10,205 nucleotides of DNA, taken from a virus (taxonomy: Duplodnaviria; Heunggongvirae; Uroviricota; Caudoviricetes). Shown here one piece after another: positions 1 to 5,358 of this stretch. A program made the position numbers and the translations under genes. The notes beneath the pieces are model-generated. The model did not search any database and was not told the DNA's origin. It was given only the letters and a program-made list of their open reading frames with translations. Location: IMG/VR virus record IMGVR_UViG_2531839454_000024. One strand, 5' to 3'. The stretch's first letter is position 1. Each line of letters begins with the position of its first letter.

Positions 1-933
1 ATGGACAACGACAAAATTGATCAACACAGCGACGAAATTGAAGTTGAGAGCGAAGAAAAAGAGCGCGGCAAAAAAATAGAAATAGATGAAGACCGACTCC
101 CCTCCCGGGCGATGGCAATTCATGAGCATATCCGCCAGGATGGTGAAAAAGAGCTGGAACGCGACGCAATGGCGCTACTGTGGTCAGCCATTGCGGCGGG
201 TCTGTCGATGGGCGCTTCGCTACTGGCAAAAGGGATATTTCATGTCGAACTGGAAGGAGTGCCAGGCAGCTTCTTACTGGAGAATCTCGGTTATACCTTT
301 GGTTTTATTATCGTCATTATGGCCCCCCAGCAATTATTTACCGAAAACACCGTGACTGCGGTACTACCCGTCATGCAAAAACCGACAATGAGCAACGTCG
401 GCTTACTTATGCGATTATGGGGCGTCGTGCTGCTGGGTAATATTCTCGGGACAGGTATTGCTGCATGGGCATTTGAATATATGCCTATCTTCAATGAAGA
501 AACTCGCGATGCATTTGTCAAAATCGGCATGGATGTGATGAAGAACACCCCCAGCGAGATGTTTGCCAACGCGATCATTTCCGGCTGGCTGATCGCCACT
601 ATGGTTTGGATGTTTCCTGCTGCGGGTGCGGCAAAGATTGTGGTGATTATATTGATGACCTGGCTTATTGCACTGGGTGACACCACCCACATCGTTGTCG
701 GTTCTGTTGAAATCCTCTATCTGGTGTTTAACGGCACGCTGCACTGGAGCGATTTCATCTGGCCCTTCGCACTACCTACTTTAGCGGGGAACATCTGCGG
801 CGGCACCTTTATCTTCGCGTTAATGAGTCATGCACAGATTCGTAACGACATGAGCAACAAGCGTAAAGCAGAAGCACGCCAAAAAGCAGAACGTGCGGAA
901 AACATTAAGAAAAATGATAAAAACCCAGCATAA
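1..933 (+). CDS. yfdC: Formate/nitrite transporter (FNT) family inner membrane protein, YfdC-like
   Basis: 310-aa ORF starting at window position 1. Charged N-terminal tail followed by multiple hydrophobic helices. I recognise the sequence as E. coli YfdC, the gene that precedes argW in the chromosome. GC-rich codon usage typical of the core genome. Confidence 0.88.
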   Translation: MDNDKIDQHSDEIEVESEEKERGKKIEIDEDRLPSRAMAIHEHIRQDGEKELERDAMALLWSAIAAGLSMGASLLAKGIFHVELEGVPGSFLLENLGYTFGFIIVIMAPQQLFTENTVTAVLPVMQKPTMSNVGLLMRLWGVVLLGNILGTGIAAWAFEYMPIFNEETRDAFVKIGMDVMKNTPSEMFANAIISGWLIATMVWMFPAAGAAKIVVIILMTWLIALGDTTHIVVGSVEILYLVFNGTLHWSDFIWPFALPTLAGNICGGTFIFALMSHAQIRNDMSNKRKAEARQKAERAENIKKNDKNPA

Positions 934-971
934 ATGGCGAGGGTTTAAGCAATCGAGCGGCAGCGTACTTA

Positions 972-992
972 CCCCGCAGTCCATTAGCGGGG
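972..992 (+). terminator. Weak hairpin after yfdC (CCCCGC-9 nt loop-GCGGGG), no T-tract
   Basis: 6-bp GC stem 972-977 / 987-992 with 9-nt loop. Not followed by a U-run, so only a tentative intrinsic terminator. Confidence 0.25.
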
Positions 993-1008
993 ATACTCAT
1001 GCCGCATT

Positions 1009-1083
1009 GTCCTCTTAGTTAAATGGATATAACGAGCCCCTCCTAAGGGCTAATTGCAGGTTCGATTCCTGCAGGGGACACTT
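1009..1083 (+). tRNA. argW: tRNA-Arg (anticodon CCU)
   Basis: Cloverleaf readable by eye: acceptor GTCCTCT / AGGGGAC, anticodon loop CTCCTAA with CCT anticodon, T-arm GCAGG-TTCGATT-CCTGC. Sequence ends ...GGGGACAC then TT (1082-1083) rather than CCA, so only the first C of the 3' CCA is encoded. Confidence 0.9.
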
Positions 1084-1256
1084 TAAAGACCTTTCTCTAC
1101 ATTTCACTTCATTACATAACCACTTAAAAAAAACAGTAAGTTATCACCGAATCGGCCTGATTTTCATTTCAGTTAATTTCATGACATTACAACCTCGTGA
1201 TGGTATAAGTGATGGTATTCCCCAGTTCGATATGCAGATACCATCAATTTACCAAA

Positions 1257-2543
1257 ATGAGTACAGATATGGCCATTAATGTGCTTTCCCCCAAACAGAT
1301 AGAAAACGCCAAGCCGAAGACCAATGATTACAAACTTACCGATGGAGGGAGTTTGTATCTACTGGTACGAAAGACTGGTGGAAAATACTGGCGTATGAAT
1401 TATCGTTTTGATGGAAAACAAGTGACATTGGCATTAGGGGTCTACCCAGATGTCTCACTTGCAACAGCGCGGAAACGGCGTGATGAAGCCAGGCAACTAC
1501 TAGCCGATGGCCGTGATCCTCGCGAAGCAAAGAAACCCAAAAAGGAAGACCCAATTTCCCCCACGTTCGAGAGTGTTGCCAGAGAGTGGCATAGTGGAAC
1601 GATGGGGCATCCTGAGTGGAAAGAGATCACCCGTAAAAAAATTCTCCGAGAAATGGAAAACCACCTCTTTCCTGCCATCGGTTCAAAGCCTATCGATACG
1701 CTCAAAACCCGTGACTTGATGCCGATGCTGGTTGAGATGACTGAGAAAGGAATTGGTGCCACAACGAGCCGGGTAAAAACCACTATGACGAGCATCTTCC
1801 GTTATGCCGTGCAACGTGGAATTGTCGATTACAACCCTGCCCACGATCTAAAAGGTGCAATTACGGCCCCCAAAGTACGACATCGCCCCGCACTACCTCT
1901 CGAACGTTTACCTGAACTGTTAGCGAAAACGAGAAGTTACACGGGAAGACCATTGACTCGCCTAGCAGTTCTCTTTTCCCTGCACACTTTTGTGCGATCC
2001 AGCGAACTACGACATGCCAGATGGGAGGAGATCGACATTGAAAATGGGCTATGGACGATACCAGGACAACGTGAAGAGATCGCAGGGGTTAAATTCTCAG
2101 ATCGGGGTGCAAAGATGGGGGCTGCTCATTATGTCCCGCTATCTAGTCAGGCTATCGGGGTACTGGAGGATATAAGGAAAATCAGTGGTGAATATCTGCT
2201 GGTTTTCCCCGGTGACAGCAACCCATATAAACCGATGAGCGAAAACACAGTTAATAAAGCACTGCGAACGATGGGTTACGACACTCAAACTGATGTATGC
2301 TTACATGGGTTCAGGGCGATGGCCTGCTCTGCACTGACCGAATCAGGACTCTGGTCACGCGATGCAGTTGAACGGCAGATGAGTCACCAAGAAAGAAACG
2401 AAGTGCGGGCAGCATATGTGCATCTTGCGCAGCACATGCAGGAACGCCGCAGAATGATGCAATGGTGGTCTAATTATCTGGAACTAAATAAGGACGAATT
2501 TCATGCTCCTTATGACTTATCAGGTATTAACATTATCAATTAA
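1257..2543 (+). CDS. int: P4-type tyrosine integrase (site-specific recombinase, tRNA-targeting)
   Basis: N-terminal arm-binding-type motif (KQIENAKPK...YKLTDGGSLYLLV...KYWRMNYRF...TLALGVYPDVSLATARKRRDEAR) typical of P4 Int. C-terminal catalytic region has HGFRAMA and a terminal AAYVHL tyrosine. Start is uncertain: ATG 1257 or ATG 1269; the 1209 GTG extension in the ORF track is unlikely. Sits directly 3' of a tRNA gene, as is usual for this family. Confidence 0.9.
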   Translation: MSTDMAINVLSPKQIENAKPKTNDYKLTDGGSLYLLVRKTGGKYWRMNYRFDGKQVTLALGVYPDVSLATARKRRDEARQLLADGRDPREAKKPKKEDPISPTFESVAREWHSGTMGHPEWKEITRKKILREMENHLFPAIGSKPIDTLKTRDLMPMLVEMTEKGIGATTSRVKTTMTSIFRYAVQRGIVDYNPAHDLKGAITAPKVRHRPALPLERLPELLAKTRSYTGRPLTRLAVLFSLHTFVRSSELRHARWEEIDIENGLWTIPGQREEIAGVKFSDRGAKMGAAHYVPLSSQAIGVLEDIRKISGEYLLVFPGDSNPYKPMSENTVNKALRTMGYDTQTDVCLHGFRAMACSALTESGLWSRDAVERQMSHQERNEVRAAYVHLAQHMQERRRMMQWWSNYLELNKDEFHAPYDLSGINIIN

Positions 2544-2556
2544 ATACTCTTATAAT
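2527..2556 (+). promoter_or_regulatory. Candidate sigma70 promoter for the orphan gene (TTAACA-N18-TATAAT)
   Basis: TTAACA at 2527-2532, 18-bp spacer, perfect TATAAT at 2551-2556. Overlaps the last codons of int. Followed by SD AGAGG (2564-2568) and ATG 2574. Confidence 0.4.
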
Positions 2557-2573
2557 TTAAAACAGAGGTCATA

Positions 2574-3455
2574 ATGCAGCATTCAACAGAGAATGAAACT
2601 ATATTCTTAGGAAATCTATGGATTGACAAAAAAATACCACCATTAGAATATTGTTCATTTGAACGCGCTTCAAGACTATTAGAATGCGAGATTGATGATT
2701 TATTACACCTATACGAAATAGGCGCTTTTAATATCGCATTCAAGGCGGATGGACTTGCAGTTAGATTTAATGTTAATTTCCTCAATAAAAATCAGAAAGT
2801 GGAAATTGACTTAATTCATCCCGTATTAACTAATCAATCACTAGAGATGGAATTTTCAACAATATGGTATGACCTTAAAGATGATTCCTTTGAACATTTT
2901 GAAAATGGGCTTCAAATTATAGGATTTGCCTGTGGTATTTGGTACGCCGATGATATGATAAGTGACATAAAAAATGGATTAGCTATAGATCCAGATTATG
3001 AATTCAGGCTTAAACCGGTAAAAATACGAGATAATGTTTTGATGGCAACGGCCTCATATGAAGGAAATAAGGTCATTGATATTCCATTTGAAGATCTTCT
3101 TATCATGCGAAGAGATTTAGAGTTAATATGGAAATCAGTAAAAACTGGAATTCCTATGCCAAGTTTACTTACGAAAAGAATTTCATCTGAACCTAAAATC
3201 CCCAAGCGATTAAATAACACTGCTGAGCATCATGCAAAAAATAGGGAGGGGTTATTAAATGCAGCCATATATATATTAGCAAAATACCCAAGCGAATGTC
3301 GTGGTGAAAGAAAAGAGATAAGTCCTGAAAAGTGGACTAACGCCATAATTAAACATTTAGGAGAGCTACCTCCAATATTTATCACTAATGAACAAGAAAT
3401 CTTAAGAAAATTACGATTAGCGGTTAATCATGCGGGATTAAAACAAAAGGGGTAG
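2574..3455 (+). CDS. Hypothetical protein, 293 aa, no family recognised; AT-rich orphan cargo gene
   Basis: Clean ORF with a strong SD 5 nt upstream. Markedly lower G+C than its neighbours (about one third by hand count of four 60-nt samples). No TM helices and no motif I can assign. Confidence 0.8.
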   Translation: MQHSTENETIFLGNLWIDKKIPPLEYCSFERASRLLECEIDDLLHLYEIGAFNIAFKADGLAVRFNVNFLNKNQKVEIDLIHPVLTNQSLEMEFSTIWYDLKDDSFEHFENGLQIIGFACGIWYADDMISDIKNGLAIDPDYEFRLKPVKIRDNVLMATASYEGNKVIDIPFEDLLIMRRDLELIWKSVKTGIPMPSLLTKRISSEPKIPKRLNNTAEHHAKNREGLLNAAIYILAKYPSECRGERKEISPEKWTNAIIKHLGELPPIFITNEQEILRKLRLAVNHAGLKQKG

Positions 3456-3521
3456 ACTGAAACAATCTACAGGTAGAGTTGATTACACTACCTTCACAGC
3501 ATTTTGATATCCCCATAGTAT

Positions 3522-3550
3522 CTGCCGTGTTCATTACATAACACGGCAGG
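3522..3550 (+). promoter_or_regulatory. Perfect 10-bp inverted repeat (CTGCCGTGTT-9 nt-AACACGGCAG) just upstream of alpA
   Basis: Arms 3522-3531 and 3541-3550 are exact reverse complements. The loop is CATTACATA. The right arm abuts the weak alpA SD. Could be a terminator for the upstream orphan gene (no U-tract) or an operator or RBS-sequestering hairpin. Confidence 0.35.
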
Positions 3551-3557
3551 TAATTTC

Positions 3558-3773
3558 ATGACATTAAAAACTTATCCTATCACTGGACATGCCCGCCCAC
3601 GAGCTACTGCTGACTTTTTGCAAATAAGTACGGTTACTCTCTGGCGCTGGGAAAAGAACAATCCTGAATTTCCCAAATCTATACGCATTTCAAAACGGGT
3701 ATCTGTTTACGATGCACAAGAAATTAGGCAGTGGGTTAAAGCTCAATCAGCAGGATTGGAGGAAGTAGTGTAA
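3558..3773 (+). CDS. alpA: AlpA-family phage transcriptional regulator (excisionase-like HTH)
   Basis: 71-aa protein with the Phage_AlpA-type pattern FLQISTVTLWRWEKNNPEFPKSIRIS...VYDAQEIRQWV. Located downstream of a P4-type int, as in CP4-57-type islands. Confidence 0.85.
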   Translation: MTLKTYPITGHARPRATADFLQISTVTLWRWEKNNPEFPKSIRISKRVSVYDAQEIRQWVKAQSAGLEEVV

Positions 3774-3791
3774 TGACAATATTAACAAAGC

Positions 3792-3813
3792 TGGGGAGAA
3801 AAAAGCCTCCCCA
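3792..3813. terminator. Hairpin between convergent alpA and RHH genes (possible bidirectional terminator)
   Basis: Stem TGGGGAG 3792-3798 / CTCCCCA 3807-3813 with an A-rich 8-nt loop. Lies between the alpA stop (3773) and the stop of the minus-strand ORF (3823). Confidence 0.35.
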
Positions 3814-3822
3814 ACGTATTAA

Positions 3823-4017
3823 TCAATTCTTTGGTTCTAAACCTCGGCTTTGTAACTCTTTGCGTAGAATGCGCTTGATCCAAGCCGCTAGCGATTCATC
3901 GCCATCCTGCTGTTGTGCTTGTTCCATCAGTTCACGCAGTTCAGGGTCAAGTCGGAACTGGAATGGCGGATTCCCACGTCTTTCATTTTTGTGTGTTGAC
4001 ACGTCAATTACACCCAT
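3823..4017 (-). CDS. Small ribbon-helix-helix (Arc/CopG-like) DNA-binding protein, putative satellite repressor
   Basis: 64-aa ORF. PPFQFRLDPELRELMEQ...SLAAWIKRILRKEL fits a beta-strand plus two-helix RHH pattern. Divergent from the downstream replication operon. No clear SD, so the start is uncertain. Confidence 0.55.
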   Translation of the reverse strand: MGVIDVSTHKNERRGNPPFQFRLDPELRELMEQAQQQDGDESLAAWIKRILRKELQSRGLEPKN

Positions 4018-4051
4018 TGTAATGTATTTATGTGTAATGACACATTACACA
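3996..4051 (+). promoter_or_regulatory. Candidate promoter and operator for the replication operon
   Basis: TTGACA 3996-4001, 16-bp spacer, TGTAAT 4018-4023. Directly downstream is a perfect palindrome TGTGTAATG-ACA-CATTACACA (arms 4031-4039 and 4043-4051). Confidence 0.4.
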
Positions 4052-4133
4052 CAGAAAAACAAAATAGCAACGCCCCGGAGTGTTTGCAGCAGCACCGAGG
4101 CGTCTGACCAGCACGTTATATGAGGTAACGAAG

Positions 4134-4310
4134 ATGGCTAAACAGAAGTGTACCTGGTTATTTGCGGCGATCAACCGCAGTCAACGTAATGCCCGTCCGG
4201 TGATGTTAAGGATCACCGCAGATAACGAACGATCAGCGCGGCGCAGACTTGCCCCGGACTATGTACTGAGCTTTGCCGGGCGCATTCCCTGCGGAGGGGA
4301 ACATGCGTAA
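4134..4310 (+). CDS. Icd-like small protein (host cell division inhibitor Icd-like family), tentative
   Basis: 58 aa from ATG 4134 with SD GAGG 4122-4125. The sequence KCTWLFAAINRS...PVMLRITADNERSARRRLAPDYVLSFAGRIP matches my recollection of the Icd-like family common in P4-like elements. The GTG 4080 extension was rejected. Confidence 0.5.
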   Translation: MAKQKCTWLFAAINRSQRNARPVMLRITADNERSARRRLAPDYVLSFAGRIPCGGEHA

Positions 4311-4662
4311 TTATCCGCACCCCGGCGAACGCTGGCAGCATGAACGTGGCTGGACGGTCACGATTATCCGATTAATAGAAGCCTCGCCCTCTGTGGCGCT
4401 GGTTAATCCTGAATTCAGCTGTGAAGTGCTGATACGTCATGACAGCGACAACCAGCTATCTTCCTGCCCTCTGGCATGGTTTGAACAGCGGTATACGCGC
4501 CTGTTTGATGTACCGCTCTTTAAGCCTGCACCAGCTCCTGCAGGCGGTAGTGGTTCCGGCCCGCTGACACTGCATCCGTCTGTGCTATTTATCCGCTGGC
4601 GGGAGCGTAGCATATGGCGTTCTGCTGAGCCTGACGACGGTCACTATTCAAAGTTTCTCTGA
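4303..4662 (+). CDS. Hypothetical protein (possibly Ash-family-like), 119 aa
   Basis: ATG 4303 overlaps the stop of the Icd-like gene by 8 nt, with SD GGAGGGGA upstream. Coding-like composition. Family assignment is only from memory of typical P4-like annotations. Confidence 0.55.
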   Translation: MRNYPHPGERWQHERGWTVTIIRLIEASPSVALVNPEFSCEVLIRHDSDNQLSSCPLAWFEQRYTRLFDVPLFKPAPAPAGGSGSGPLTLHPSVLFIRWRERSIWRSAEPDDGHYSKFL

Positions 4663-4693
4663 CAAAATACCGCTGAAAACGGAGTAATCCACG

Positions 4694-4978
4694 ATGAATA
4701 TTTCAAACGGGCACAACGGTGCTCAGGGCCACACTTTGCCTGAAAAACACAATACCGGTGCTTTTGCCTATGGGTTGTCAGAGGACAGTTTCGGAAAGCT
4801 GACCCGCGCAAAAAATGCCTGCGACATGCTCCAGCTTCTCTTTTCTGAATACCCGTCTCAGGCCGGAGCACTGGACGCTGGCTGTGCGCATGGTGTCGCC
4901 GCGCTGATGGAGTACCTGCTGGCAGATTTGACGGATATTGCACACAGCTGCGCACTGATTGAAGGAGGTGCCAGATGA
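4694..4978 (+). CDS. Hypothetical protein, 94 aa
   Basis: ATG 4694 preceded by GGAG (4681-4684). Its stop overlaps the next start (ATGA at 4975-4978). Confidence 0.6.
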   Translation: MNISNGHNGAQGHTLPEKHNTGAFAYGLSEDSFGKLTRAKNACDMLQLLFSEYPSQAGALDAGCAHGVAALMEYLLADLTDIAHSCALIEGGAR

Positions 4979-5358
4979 ACCAGCCGCAGGTTTCCATTTT
5001 CCCGGCAGAAATGACCACCGCGCTTTACCGGCGGGCTATTGCTTCAGCATGGCGGCAGAAAATGCTGAACGAAACTGGTAGTGATCAGTATGGTCCGCAC
5101 AGCCTGACGGTGGAGCGTATTGAAATGGCCATTGCGCTGCATATCGAGTGCGTACTGATTAACGAGTACGGCGAAGTGCAGGGCGCCGCTGCCGCGCTGG
5201 CACTGCTGACTGACATGCTGGAGCCATCACTGCTGACCGCGCCGCCGGTACTGACCGCGCGCGGCTGTGAAGTGATGGCGGAGATGTACCGCACGCTTCC
5301 GGCGGCCTTTGATGACTTCTGCAGTACCGGTGTGACGTTGTATGAGGGGGAAGTATGA
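4975..5358 (+). CDS. Hypothetical protein, 127 aa
   Basis: Translationally coupled on both sides (ATGA overlaps at 4975-4978 and 5355-5358). SD-like GAAGGAGG upstream. Confidence 0.6.
   Translation: MNQPQVSIFPAEMTTALYRRAIASAWRQKMLNETGSDQYGPHSLTVERIEMAIALHIECVLINEYGEVQGAAAALALLTDMLEPSLLTAPPVLTARGCEVMAEMYRTLPAAFDDFCSTGVTLYEGEV

Noticed and set aside
86-744. Alternate-frame and antisense ORFs within yfdC (86-355 +, 180-440 +, 291-692 -, 415-744 -)
   Set aside because: Nested in a well-recognised membrane transporter gene, with no independent support.
1209-1268. GTG 1209 (or ATG 1212) as integrase start, giving a 444-aa product
   Set aside because: The conserved P4-type N-terminus begins around MAINVLSPKQIENAKPK. 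The 16-20 residue extension (MMVFPSSICRYHQFTK) has no counterpart in the family as I recall it and overlaps the tandem repeats. Start at 1257 or 1269 preferred, though not proven.
1181-1279. 32-codon ORF starting at the alpA-like ATG upstream of int
   Set aside because: Shares only the DNA motif and the first three codons with alpA. No SD. Likely a by-product of the duplicated regulatory block rather than a real gene. Kept as a note in the findings rather than as a feature.
1336-2175. Antisense and alternate-frame ORFs within int (1336-1554 -, 1442-1795 -, 1507-1719 +, 1990-2175 +)
   Set aside because: Nested within the integrase gene with no independent signals. Chance frames.
2540-3220. 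Minus-strand ORFs 2540-2785 and 2996-3220 inside the AT-rich orphan gene
   Set aside because: AT-rich DNA antisense frames. The plus-strand 293-aa ORF has promoter, SD and uninterrupted length, and is the better model.
3773-4123. Plus-strand ORF of 116 aa overlapping the alpA stop
   Set aside because: Translation is low-complexity (S/C/R-rich, e.g. SPSCCCACSISSRSSGSS) and it overlaps the opposite-strand ORF 3823-4017, which has a convincing ribbon-helix-helix pattern. It also spans the candidate promoter and palindrome region. Judged to be a non-coding frame.
4080-4133. GTG 4080 start extending the Icd-like ORF to 76 aa
   Set aside because: ATG 4134 has a properly spaced SD (GAGG 4122-4125) and the family is about 60 aa. 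The extension would run through the leader.
4040-4133. Possible structured small RNA (P4 CI-like immunity RNA) in the operon leader
   Set aside because: I could only find a weak 5-bp stem with a 24-nt loop and no convincing conserved structure by eye. Not reportable without folding and comparative data.
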